46,842 bases of DNA from Welwitschia mirabilis (taxonomy: Eukaryota): positions 34,506,093-34,552,934 of the forward strand of contig JBOZIK010000001.1 of NCBI GenBank assembly GCA_051453625.1, read 5' to 3'. Positions 1-12,601 of this stretch are shown piece after piece. Under the pieces are notes generated by a model that was given only the letters and a program-made list of their open reading frames with translations, did not search any database and was not told the origin of the DNA. A program made the position numbers and the translations under genes. Positions within the stretch are counted from its first letter, which is position 1, and each line of letters opens with the position of its first letter.

Positions 1-79
1 AGAACAATCTCTAGGTGCACTCAATCCTCCTTCCAAATTTATTTTTTCTAAATTTGATTTTCTTAACAAAAAATTCTGT

Positions 80-98
80 AGAGAGAGAGAGAGAGAGA
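80..98. repeat. (GA)n microsatellite in the gag 5' leader
   Basis: agagagagagagagagaga. Confidence 0.9.
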
Positions 99-109
99 AT
101 CAAATCACA

Positions 110-2653
110 ATGTTAAGTGCCTCCCATAAGCAAAAATAAGTTGTAAAATCTTCTACCCTTAATGCTAACCTTACCCTTAGAGAATTATTAGCCAACAAGG
201 AATAAGAAATTCAAACACCTTTTAACCTATCCATAAGAGATGATGTAGNNNNNNNNNNNNNNNNNNNNNNNNNNNNNNNNNNNNNNNNNNNNNNNNNNNN
301 NNNNNNNNNNNNNNNNNNNNNNNNNNNNNNNNNNNNNNNNNNNNNNNNNNNNNNNNAGAAAAAAATAATAGACAGAATACAGATGGTGATCTTTTCCATG
401 ACTTCAAAAGGTAGGGTAAAACTTTGGCTGGAAACTATACCATACAAAAGCCTAAAAACATGGGATCAAGTTCAAGAAACCTTTGTAAAAAGATTCATGA
501 GTGAAGAAACTATAAGAAATAAGAAAAGAGCTAAAAAATTTCCAACAAAATCCAAATGAAGATTATGCCTCTACTTATGCATGTTTCTTTGTAGTAGTTC
601 ACTCTAATACAATAGATGCATTTTTACCACAAGAAAAAATAGATCATTTTTATAGTAAATTAACTTCCTACACAAAATAACTCATAGATTTCTCTTATGG
701 GGGAAATATCATGAACCTTACAATAGATGATGCCTGGATAAAATCAAAAGAACTTGTGGAAGTAAGTAAAATTTAGTCAACATCTAAAGAAAATTAAATG
801 TTAAGCCAACTTATCAAGGAATTAAAATAGGTAAAGAAACAAAAAGAGGAAGAAGAAAACTGTACAAATTCTATTAGGGAATTTATAATAACCTTGGAGA
901 AGTATGTGGAAATGATTTTAGATGCTAAAATAGTAATCCAAAGAAATGTTGTGCCAACTCATGATTTATGTGAGAACTACTATCATGTCACCAAAAATTG
1001 TCCTCTTTTACTAACTTACAAAGAAAGAATTTGTAAAGAAGTTTGTGCTTTTAATCAATCATCTCAAAAATTTTGAGACTAATATCAGGTACAACCTAAG
1101 TTGAACACATATTTTTAAAATAATCCTCAATCTTTTAGAAACCGACTTGAAAACACATATTACCAACTAAGTTCATCCAAATTTTAACATTCAAATGATC
1201 AACTTGCAAACTCTTTGGATAAAATAAAAAGAACATAAGAGGCAACAAATGCTAAAATAGATAACTTGATAAATGTCCTTTAACAAACATTATTAGCAAA
1301 TCAAAGACCTCAAGGAGCTTTACCTATACAACCTTTACAAAATCCAAATTATCTAAGAAGAGATTACAATGTTGTGACAATAAGTGAATAAGAAACAAAT
1401 CCTCCTCTATGTGAACCTTCCACCTTGCAAAACAAGGAAGAAGAAGGGAAAGAGGACATTGAGATTTTAAATGGGTACAACTTCTATTCTCTTAGTAAAA
1501 AGAAAAAGAAAGGTCCTTCTGCCACTTGCCTTAATAGGCTTAACAATAATTCAACTTGTAATGATCACTTAAAAGCCATGATTGAAAATATAAGCACAAA
1601 CTTACTATTTTGGAAAGTTTTACAAGAAAATATAGGGTATTTAAAACTATGAAAAGAATTATTTAGAAGAAAATAAAAATAAGTCATTCCTAGTAAGGTC
1701 TTTCTTGCCCAATTCCCATGAATTTAGTGTTACAAAAATCACCCAAATTTAAAGATCTAGGAGTAGCAACAATGAATGTTACATAGAGGGGAACAAAAAA
1801 ATAAGAAAGGCTTTGATTGATATTGGAGGAAGTGTTAACATTATGCCACTTTACATTTGTAAGAGGCTTGGTTTATAGGATAGAATAGAGCCTACCTCAT
1901 TTGTTCTAGAATTAGCAGATACATCAGTTAGCAAACCATTAGGCATAATTAAAAATTTGACAATACAAATGAAAGAGGCTTACTACTCCATTAATGTGAT
2001 TATCATAGAAGTTGAGCATAACATAGGATATCCTTTACTTCTAGGTAAATCCTTTTGTGCTATAACCCATTGCATCATTAATAGAAGAGTAGGAACCATG
2101 AAATGTCATTTTGAAAATAGAACTTTTACTATTAGAGTATTTTATGCAGTTGAGAAAGATTTAGATGATNNNNNNNNNNNNNNNNNNNNNNNNNNNNNNN
2201 NNNNNNNNNNNNNNNNNNNNNNNNAAGCATGTGCTTTATGATGATCAACTTGAGAATGAAGAAGCAAATAAATCTTTTGAGTCTAAAGAAGTTCAACTTT
2301 TTAAGAAAAATTATGAGAAATATTGTCCATTTCATAAATCAAAAATTAAAAATCATAAATTGAAATTAGATTAAAAAAATGTTTTCAATGGTCATACTGA
2401 TAATTTTCTTTATATTTCAAATAAAGCTTTTGCATTCGATGAAAATATTTTACCTAAGTTATCATTTCTCTTCCCTTTGACTTTTAAAGTTTATGCTTTG
2501 ATGTGGCATCATAAAGTGCTCTCCATTACTCCTCTCTTCATCTAATTGATTTTACTTAGAAACAATTACACAACTCTTATGTTTTATCAATTGGTAAATT
2601 TTTGGTTTGGATCTTACTTCTCTAAAAAAATTGAGAGAAAAATAGATCCTTAG
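110..2653 (+). pseudogene. Degenerate gag plus aspartic protease with a C-terminal extension (element A)
   Basis: Start MLSASHKQK matches the other gag starts. Retrotrans-gag-like 'IFSMTSKGRVKLWLETIPYKSLKTWDQVQETFVKRF'. Protease active-site region KALIDIGGSVNIMP (~1807-1847) and 'PLLLGKSF'. Ends ERKIDP* at 2653. Many stops, two N gaps. Confidence 0.85.
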
Positions 2654-4595
2654 TTCTTGTTTCTTTCTTTTTAATAAAAGAGTGTTTTTAAATTTAGGAT
2701 TTGAATAAAAGTTTAATTAAAATTTTCTTTTCAATTTTCTATTTTTAGAGTCTCTGTTTTCATTTTTTGTTTTTAGTTCTTATTTTTATTTGTAGTTTTC
2801 TATTTTTTATTTTTGTAAAAATAATCAGTTGTCTTCTCTGTCATATCCATAAAAAGGTAGACAATAGTCATTTTTGATAGTTTTTCAGTCTTTCTATTAA
2901 ATTTTCTATGTTCTATTTCTTTTTCCTATGTATGTTGTCCTCTCTATCATCTGGATGACGAGAAAGATGACAGTTAATAAAATGTTAATTTTTTTATTAT
3001 TTTGAGAAAATACATTTTTATGACTCTGTTGAGATTTTTGACTTGACTGCTTAAGAACTACAAGAAGTAAATGAAAAAAATTGGAATTACATGAGTAAAC
3101 CATCTAAATTTTTTCTTAGTTTTTTCCTTTGAAAGATTATTATGATATTATGTGATCATGTTTCAAACTTGACTAAATTATTTATTTCCATAACTAGTCT
3201 TTTAACTTGGGCATTTTAGTGCTAAGATTGGATTCACTCAATCTTAAGACATTCACACATTCATAAACTTCAATTAAAGGAAGATGCTTTATTTTGATGT
3301 TTTTATCAATGGTGAAAAGGTCTTAGATTGTTTAAAGAGTGTTCTTTTCTATCTTAGTATTTTAACTTTTACCTTTTTATTTTGGAGTCTTTGGTCATGT
3401 GGAATGTTGTTATATTAAAAAAAAAAAAAGGGTTTTGATGTTTTCCATTTGTGCTATCTCAAAGACATGGTCACCATGATGTCCTACCACAAGTTTACTA
3501 GGGCAAATATTTTCGAGAAGAGCCTTTGGCAGTGTAATATAGTAGTTGTAGGAACTCCACTGGGAGGTTAATTAGATATGCTTCATGGGTCTTTACTTCT
3601 CTGATAGTGGTTGCACTCCCATCATCATGGAAAATAAAGTTGTATTTAAACTTTAAGGCTATGGATCAATGATGCTCTTGGTATCATCAGAGGCATTACT
3701 TGTTTTTTAGAGTCTTAGTCTTTTCACATGACCATTTTCTTTCTTGAGATTTGGGTATTTATTTTTAGATAACAACAAAAGATTTTATTATTTAAGCCAT
3801 TCTTTTGTTTCATCATTTATTTTTTAAAGAATTTTTATTTTAGCATCATCATAATCACTACTTTATTAAATGGAATTGTTATACATTAAGTCATGCATTT
3901 TTTACATCAAGTGGTGTTATGATTACTTTTATTGGAATTTGCTAAGTTAAAATGCTAGATTGGTGAGCTATATTTTGTTTATCTTATTTTATGCCCATTT
4001 TTATTATTTTCATTTATGATTTTATTAGTTATTTCATAGTTATTGCCGCATTTTTTAGCATGTTTTCCTTGTTTAAGTTCTTAATAAAAGATGATTTACT
4101 ACTTAGATAAGTCTTTTTTTAATAATTTTGTATTATTTTTTAGATTTTTGATGTTGTAAGCATCATTTATGTTTTATTTGTGATGAAACATTTTTATTGC
4201 CCACTCTTTTTTTATTATCAAAATATTTCTTATCTTTATATTTTTCAAGTCTGATATTACTCAGCTCTGCACCTTATTTTAAAAGTTGTCCTCATTTTCA
4301 TTACATGCCTTCCCACTTCTGTTTACTTTCTTTTCTTTATTCTTCAATACTGAACATATTGCTTTTTCTTTTGGGGGAGGGGTAGAGACCCATTTTCATG
4401 GCTTATTTTCAAGATTTTTAAAGATTTCATGATATAAAATTTTCAAATTTTTATACACATTATGCATTACTTGGTATCTATCCATGTGATGTGTTTTTAT
4501 GAATCTATTTTTATGCTTTTCAGATTTATCTTTTGAAAAATAAATTGGCTCACAATTATGTTTTTTTTGCTTAGTTTTTGTCAGGCACTAATAAA

Positions 4596-4612
4596 GGCTA
4601 AGTTGGGGGCTA
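4596..4612 (+). promoter_or_regulatory. Polypurine tract (PPT) of element A
   Basis: ggctaagttgggggcta immediately precedes the LTR-initial TG; the same motif precedes the 3' LTRs of B, C and D. Confidence 0.8.
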
Positions 4613-5665
4613 TGTTGTGATGCTAATTCACAATTATTTGATGGGTTTTATGAGTCATTTTGCAAGACTTTTAACAAGTTTAGATGCAATTCTAAGGATT
4701 TTAGAGTTATAAGAGAAAATCTTGGAAAAGTATAGTTATTATCAAAATTTAATGCATTAAAGGCACTTTCTAATGAACAAAGCTTTTCATGATAAAATTG
4801 CAAAAGCTTCTCCTCAAGAAAAACATTAAAGAAGACCATTGTTCCCTTCATCATCCACATGATAGGTAGGACGATGACTGTTGATTTATCACTTTCAAAG
4901 ATATTTTATAATGTTCTGTCATCCTCTATATTATCTGGACGATATCTTAGATGACACTGACATGTAACTATCACTAATAGATTTTCTTAGCTGTTTCATC
5001 CATTTCTGAGCCCTTAATGAGCATGCATAACTGCATCTTCTATCTGTCCTTTTCTATTATATTTTCCTATAAATTAGACCCCTTATTGACTCTCCTTCAC
5101 ATCTTTGATGCATCATAGATTCTCATGATAGGAAAGCGAAGTGCAAAAGATCCATCTGCATGAGTTATAAAAAGATGTGTACTTGGTGAAGGGCTAAGTA
5201 TCTTAGATTGAGAATTGGCTGTTTTGTAACCTAGATGATTATTACTATATTAATATAAATCTTAGTTTTATTTTTATGTTTTCATTGTAGATTTTCTTAT
5301 AATCCTTATTGTCTAATGTTATCCTTGATCTGGTAATAATTTCTTGAGTGATATAGATTATCAAGGACAACCTTTATTAAAGTTAAAAAGCAAGTAGGGT
5401 TAGGATTTATTTGCATTGCATGTTAGTTTAGATTTCATATTACACTTTACATAGTACTTTATTTTATTGCATTGTTATTTATTATTTCTAGTTCCTAATT
5501 AATTTGCAAAGTAACCTGAGTCTTATACTCAAAGACTTCAATGAGATACAACATTTTGGGTCACTCCCATTATACTAGTGTGATGTATTTCGTAAACATC
5601 TATTTTTATTATTATTGACAAGATCTATTTGAACATAAAAGCTTGTACAAATACACACCATAATA
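4613..5665 (+). repeat. 3' LTR of element A
   Basis: Starts TGTTG after the PPT, has a TATA-like cctataaatt (~5066), ends ...cataata (decayed CAACA). Homologous to the reverse complement of 12602-13474 and 21019-21772. Confidence 0.85.
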
Positions 5666-8183
5666 ATGTAAAATAGGGATTTCCTTAAGATCCATTAAAT
5701 AAACATCTAGGTTATGCGAGATATAATGGAAAAGGAGATTCACCTAGTAGATCTAAAAGTAAAATCATGTCTTAGCTAGTCCTAAGCATAACAAGTATGA
5801 AATAGTCATAACTAATATTACAATAATGCATTGAGGATATTTAACAATTTATTATCTAAAAATTAGAAGCATACTGTCTAGAAATGCACTCATGCTACAC
5901 CAATTATCATCATACTAGCTCGGAAGCTAGTCCATTTCTATGAGATGTATAGAAAGGACATACGAGTAGGGCTCTAATATCATTAACAATGATATGATAT
6001 GATATCTTTCAAGTGAAAATTGGTAGGACATTTATAAGCTAGAATTAGAGTTTACAATTAGGATTCCAAAGGCATAATGAGATCTTTCTTTCAAATGCCC
6101 AAAATGTATGGAATTATTCTTTAGTCATGGGGTCAAATTAAGGTATTCTTCTTATAAAATATTCATCATTCATTTTCTATTTGTATAAATGATTGGAATG
6201 AGTTGCTTGCATTAAAATAACTCAAGAATATAAGTATGCTACTATTCTAATTGCAGTAACTAGTATCGTCACTACTAGAATTAATGCTACCTCCAATTAT
6301 GCTCAGTACACCTGCATCTTCTGCTACAATGCTATAGATGGCATATGTATCTTGTAAAATAATAGCGTTAAGACATAGTATTAGTAAAAATACATCTTCA
6401 TGATCTTCAACATAATAAATATGTGAAACCATCACAATGATTAATTAAGTATTCTAATAAGGTCTTCATTGCTAGATGTACATGTTAATTTTTATGTATT
6501 ATTGATGGGACTTCAAAATAAATCTTATATAGATACAAGAGATAGAGGTCTGATAGTTCATGAAAATTCCTTGATGATTTCATTCCTTTAAATAAGAGGT
6601 CCACTCTAATTAGTCTCAATACCAGTAAGCATATTATTTAAGAATAGGCAAAGGAAAGAACTATTGCTAACTAGCTATATATAACATTTGAATCTAGAAT
6701 AAAGGATATCTAAGATATTTCTTTAGAGCTAGTAGTAGCAAAAGTAGCATAAAAATAAAATATTATAAGATTAATATTTTAAAATTGCAACTATAATAGA
6801 AGGAAGACAAGATGATAATTATCCATTGCATCTAAAAATGTAAGAAGACTTTCTAAAGTAATTAGCCTTAACCTAACTTAAAGGATTTATTTTAGTTCCT
6901 TACTTCTCTTGAATTATGATCTCAAATAGTAATACAAAAAAAGGAAGAGTATATTATACTTATTACAATCCTATGCTTTACTTTGAACCATAATTTGTAT
7001 AACTGTCTAGAATTACATTTCCATCTTTTTTCTTTTTTAATCAATTACATGTTTTCTCCATAAATGTTAGCTCACAGCTTAGAATGATAGAGGCTCTTAT
7101 TAAAAAGGTTAAGTCAATATTACAAATGCCTCTTTTAGCCTTTGAAAAATATTATTATAAGTACTTTTATAAGACATGTTAAAATAATGATCTCATAACT
7201 AAAAGAGATTAATGAAAAGGGAGCCACTCAATTAGTCTTAAGAAATGAGACTATCACAAATTCTAATTAGCCATTGAAAGCATTAAAGCATCATTTTGAT
7301 GTATTAAATCTATTTCCAATTTAAAAACTTTAGTAATTAACATTAGTACTATTGCACTAGAGGATTTATGAAATATTTGTAATGTAGTCGATGAGGTCAT
7401 TACTCATCTTCGTGAAGCCACCATATAAGCCTATGAAAGTTTGAAGGATTTTGAGCAAACTTTGTTTAACAAATTTAATAATGATAAATTAACTTTTATT
7501 AATCAACTATAGTAACTTTTATTTTTATGTTTGTTAAAATAAATAGCCCTATGGATCGTTATGTCTATAAGAAGTTACATAAATAAAAAAATGGTTTTAT
7601 AATTAATTTATCCATTATAAATATGTATAATAGATAAAAGAATTTTTAAACTTTTTTGTACTATTTAAATTTCAACATTCTTATCCTTTTTGAGATATTT
7701 TATAAGCATTTATATAGAATTTTTTGCATTCAATTTTACTTTTAGATTTGTCATTATAAAAGTTCTATAATATTTCTAAATAAGCATGTTAGACTACTTC
7801 TTGAGTTAATTAGCTTATTAGCTATTTTGCTTTTCATAGTTCTTTATTATTCACATAATAACAAGTTTTATTCCAAATTGAATTTTTTTTAATCATTAGT
7901 ATGTGGATTTAAAATTCATTAACATTATAATAAAATAGATTTCATATTTCTTTAGATTGATTTATGCTATGGAAATTATATAATTTAAAATCCCTTCATT
8001 TTTCCTTTTGGCTACATCAATCATTCAAATTATTATAAGTTTTATTTAACATAGTGTGATATAATTATTCATAATTTATTACTTTCTTAGTTGCTAGTAA
8101 GTTATTCATGTTTTAGGTTCTAACCTATATAATGAGCATTACAAACCTTGGAATAATGATTATTATTGGTCAATCAGTGGTAT

Positions 8184-8641
8184 TAAAGTTTGAAATTCCA
8201 TGAAAATATCAAAAAATAAATGGACATCCACAACAAAATCAACATGATTTTTAAAAAGTAAACATCATGCATAAAATAGAGAGTAACAAAACTAATTTAT
8301 TAAATAAGGAGGCTCTTACCCCTGATCATGTCGAGGCCAATAATTAGGCATACTTTTTAATTAGCTTTTAATCATAATTTATACATAATACTTCCTTTAT
8401 CTTAGATCCACATTTTATAGATCTACCTTTGTAATTTATTAAATAAGAGACTTGACTCAATCAACTTCCTTGATTTTCTCAGCTTAACTAAATCTGTTTT
8501 CTCTTATACTTTTGATTTTTCCTCACATCATGAATTTTTTACATTTTAATTAGTACCAACATATTAAAATGTTGGCATCACATATGCAAAATTTATCTAA
8601 TATAAAAATATTGACACTAGCTATATTTAAATATCTTAATA
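8184..8641 (-). repeat. 3' LTR of element E (~460 bp)
   Basis: Left end taaagtttgaaattccatgaaaat matches tgaagtttgaaatcccatgaaaat at 46088; right end abuts a PPT-like tract. Confidence 0.6.
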
Positions 8642-8654
8642 ATCACCCCCTTAA
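8642..8654 (-). promoter_or_regulatory. PPT of element E
   Basis: Minus strand reads ttaagggggtgat|tatt, resembling the Ty1/Copia-type TTGAGGGGGAG..TGTT junction. Confidence 0.55.
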
Positions 8655-8898
8655 TAACAATGTTTTATACATCCTCTTGATGTGTGTATTATTTAATTTC
8701 ATGTTACACATCTTACAACATTTAAGAATTCATCACAAAATATTGAAAGGCCACTTACATACTCTTAATAATTATTGAGGTTAACTTATGAGATTTCTCA
8801 TTATCTTCTCTTTTAATGAATTATCCATGACTAAAATCATATGGTTCTAAGGGGTTTCTCCCCTATGCTTTGCTTCACCATCTTTCCTTTAGAGTAGA

Positions 8899-9987
8899 TA
8901 TTACACTGCCAACTTACACATATCTGATAAGTTATTTTAAGTGATTTTGTAGGGTAGTAGATAGATATATGCTTGATTTCCATAATAATGGAGAGCTGAG
9001 ATGAAAGAGATAAAAATAGAAAATCTTCATAGCATTTTACAACATTTAGAATAGTTCATAATACTTTTCATTTCTGAGAAAAATGTTTTGCAAAACATTA
9101 AGGCTGATGCATTAGATGAACATTTGCAAAAGTCCTTCATGCACATAAACATTCAGACGATAGTATGAACAACAAAAAAACTAATGCCAATAAGGATGAT
9201 AACTAAGATCAATCTAGTAGATGACATAGATCATTTATGAGGTGGCATCATATCCTATATTGTCTAGATGACTAGATGGATGATACTGTTATAACATCTA
9301 ACTAGACATTTACTTAACTTCTACCACTTATTTATATATTTCTTTTGGCATGACTGTTAGGGTTGTACCCATGTCCGTTTATCTATCTTATTGTGTGTTT
9401 TTTGTAAATAAGTATTAATTCTATCTTTGACTTTTGGTCTTTATTTGCATTAAAAATTCTCATAACAAAAGATCAAAGGACTAGAGATCCATCCTTGTAG
9501 TTTTAGAGAGATGTTTTCCTTAGTGTTGGATAGCTCTTCCTACATTGAGGTGTGGCTACTTTATAACATGAATGTGGTTTGAGTAATATAGAAGATTTCT
9601 TTTCCAATTCCTATGCATGTTGTTCTTAACCCTTATAGATTATGTTACTTCTGATCTAGTGATAATTTCTTAAGTAATATAGGTTACGAAAGCAACCTTT
9701 GATAAGGTTGTACATTATTAGTTTAGATGCATTGTTAGTTCCTTTTCCTAGATTACCTATACAAATGTGTATTGCATTATACTTTTCATGCATTGCAATT
9801 TATTTTTGTGGTTAGAATACAACCTATTTTCTTATGGAAATTAACCCTTTTACTCTAGTCTAGGCCTTTAATAAATTATGATATATGGATCAACTCCTAT
9901 CTACACTAGTGTATTTTATTGTGCATATATTTATGATTGACAGGATTTAACTATAAACATAATGTTACGTAAATACACACTATAACA
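8899..9987 (+). repeat. 5' LTR of element B
   Basis: tattacactgcc...aaatacacactataaca; colinear with 40639-41554 plus 42840-43047; followed by a PBS. Confidence 0.88.
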
Positions 9988-9989
9988 TC

Positions 9990-10009
9990 TTGATGCCATT
10001 AGCAGGGAA
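9990..10009 (+). promoter_or_regulatory. Decayed tRNA-Asp-type primer binding site of element B
   Basis: ttgatgccattagcagggaa directly after the LTR-terminal CA; resembles the Athila PBS TGGCGCCGTTGCCGGGGA after transitions. Confidence 0.6.
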
Positions 10010-10677
10010 GGCTACTTAGAGTCTAAGAGTTCTCATTCCTCTAGTGAGTATTTGGATCTTAGTTTAGGTGCTTGTCTATAGCATTATTTTATTTTTATCT
10101 ATAATATCATAGATTTTCTTTTACAACTATTAGTTTTTCTATTTTAAAATAAAATGATTTTTTATGCTATAATAAAACTTGGTCATCTACTTCATCGTCT
10201 AGAAGACACTTAGTGATGATGGACTCTATGCCATGAGTTTTTAGTTTTATATCTATAAAAAATTTTTAGAGTATTTTAATCATCCCCTCTATCATCTAGA
10301 TGACTTTGGTGGATGACAGTCTGCTATCAGAGTTTTCTGTGTCTAGTACTTTTTTATTTTTATTATCTACTTTTTTTATTTTTTGTGTTTTTTGTGTCTC
10401 TATTATTCAGACTATTATCTAGAAGGCTACATGAATGACACTTTGTACATCAAAAAATGAGTGTGTATGATAAAATATGATAAGAAAGAAAAATACTAGA
10501 GAGAGTAGTTATTTATAGAGGAAAATATCCTTAGAGGTTTGATTAATCATGAAGCTAACTCAGGTAAGCATAAAAATTTAGAATTTCCAGCAATATCTAT
10601 TTTATTTCTTTAGAGTCTAATTATACTAAAGAAATTGTTTTAAAAGATTGTGTCACAATTGTTTTTCATTTCCAACA

Positions 10678-12601
10678 ATGTCTAGTTCATCACAAAAACA
10701 AAAGTAACTTGCCTAGAAAAATCCACCACTTTTTATTGGAACCCCTAAAACTACACCTATTCAAACCAATTACCCTTAGAGATCTGGTAGCTAATAAGAA
10801 ATATGAAATGCAAACCCCCTTTGATTTATCTCTCAATGATGATGTTGAACTTAGAAGCCTAAATTCCTATCCTATTTTTAATGGAGAACTTGATAAAGAC
10901 CCTTTGCAATACATTGCTGACATAGAATAATTAATCCTCATTTTAGGAAATGATAAAAGAGAAAAAGTGATAAAACTTACATAGTTATATTTCCCAATAC
11001 TTTAAAAGGTAAAGGTGAAATTTTATAAAGAATGATTTCCCATAAAAGTTTAAAATCGTGAAGTCAAGTTTAGAAAGCCTTCATTAAAAGATTTATAAAT
11101 GAAACCACCATTCAAAAGCATAAGAAAGAAGTAACCAACTTTCAACAAATGCCTAATAAAGATTATGACTTTACTTATGAGTGATTTTTTATTGCTTTAC
11201 TTTCAAATCCTATAAATTCTTTTTCTCATGAAGAACTAATAAACTACTTTTATAGTGGATTAAATAGTCAAATAAAGCAAGTAGTTGATTTTTCATGTGG
11301 AGATAATTTGTTGAACTTAACATTAGAAAATGCTTGGAAAGTGTTAGAAGAGTTGGTAGAAGTAAGTCAAACTTGACCTAAATCCTCATCTAGAGAAAAT
11401 CAAACTATAGGTTAAATCATTAAGGATCTCAAGGAAGTTAAATAGGAAAAATAAGAAATAAGAACTAAAAATGAACCATCACATATCATTAAGGATTTTA
11501 CCTCAACATTGGAAAAATACACTTAAATAATTTTAGATGTAAAGGTGATAACCAAAAAGAGTGTAGTTGTAGCTCTTGTGACTTATGCAAAAATAGTTAT
11601 CATGTTACTAAAGAATGTCATTTACTTCCAACCTACAAAGAAAGAATATATGAGGAAGTATGTGCTTTTAATCAAATGTCCTCAAACTATAACCAAAACT
11701 AAAACTAAGAACAACTTTAAAATCACAGTAATTTTAAGCCTAGGATGAGTGGACAATTAAACTTTAAAAATTTTCAAACCAATCATTCTAACTTCCAACT
11801 TTTTAAAAGATATTGGAGAATATGAACTTCTAATAAAATAACTCAAACAATTAAGTAAGATTATTGAACTCCTAAAAGCAAAGTGATCTGCTTAGGAATT
11901 CCATTGATGAGTTGATAAAAGCACAAGCAAGAACAAACTCCAACATTGAAAATATAATGAGTATTTTTTAATAAACCATACTTGCTAATGAAGACCACAA
12001 GGATCTCTTTCCACTCAACCTTTACCCAATCTAAATGAAGNNNNNNNNNNCATAACTCTTTTTACCCCTGAGGATTCAACATCATAAAGTAATAAAAATG
12101 ATGAAAAATAGGATATAGAAATATTAAAAAATTATTTTTTCCCTTCTTCATTAAGTAACAAAAGGAAAAATGCTTTACATAAGAAACTTGCTATCCTTTA
12201 GCTAGATAGGTTAAACAAAAATCCTATTTTTGATGATTATCTAAGAGCCTTAAATATGATCATCAACTTACTATTTTGAAAACTTTTGCAAGATAACCCT
12301 AAGTTTTCTAAGTTATGGAAAGACTTGATTAGGTGGAACGTAAAAATAAACTATTTCTAGTAAAGTCTTCTTAGTTCAATCTTTTAATAACTTAGTTTTA
12401 CAAAAATGTCCAAATTTTAAGGATCCAAGGGTGGAAACTATTAGTGTTACTTTATAGGATAATNNNNNNNNNNNNNNNNNNNNNNNNNNNNNNNNNNNNN
12501 NNNNNNNNNNNNNNNNNNNNNNNNNNNNNNNNNNNNNNNNNNNNNNNNNNNNNNNNNNNNNNNGTTACTTTATAGGATAATCAAGGAATTAAGAAAGCCT
12601 T
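10678..12601 (+). pseudogene. Degenerate gag and first residues of protease (element B)
   Basis: MSSSSQKQK start; ORF 10709-10930 ITLRDLVANKKYEMQTPFDLSLNDDVELRSLNSYPIFNGELDKDPLQYIADIE is homologous to gag of A, C and D. Breaks off at ...GIKKAL just before the protease catalytic Asp. Confidence 0.85.

Larger units (their letters stand above)
1..5665 (+). mobile_element. Element A: non-autonomous Athila-like Ty3/Gypsy LTR retrotransposon (Gag-protease only); 5' end lies outside the window
   Basis: Decayed gag and protease, ~2 kb of non-coding DNA, PPT at 4596-4612, then an LTR from tgttgtgatgc (4613) to aaatacacaccataata (5665). Colinear with the reverse complement of element C. No RT, RNase H or integrase between protease and LTR. 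Confidence 0.85.

Noticed and set aside
211..447. ORF calls running through N gaps (also 14781-15203, 43294-43977, 46372-46590)
   Set aside because: Open only because N codons are not stops; no coding evidence.
3590..3640. Possible hammerhead ribozyme in the conserved 3' block (ctgatag...)
   Set aside because: No consistent CUGANGA/GAAA core with pairing stems across the copies.
4197..4385. Hydrophobic short ORFs (also 13581-13990) that look like membrane proteins
   Set aside because: They lie in T-rich 3' non-coding DNA, where Phe/Leu/Ile codons are expected, and the frames are not conserved between A and C.
12446..12581. Short direct repeat flanking a 100-N gap
   Set aside because: Near-identical overlap of contig ends; assembly artefact.
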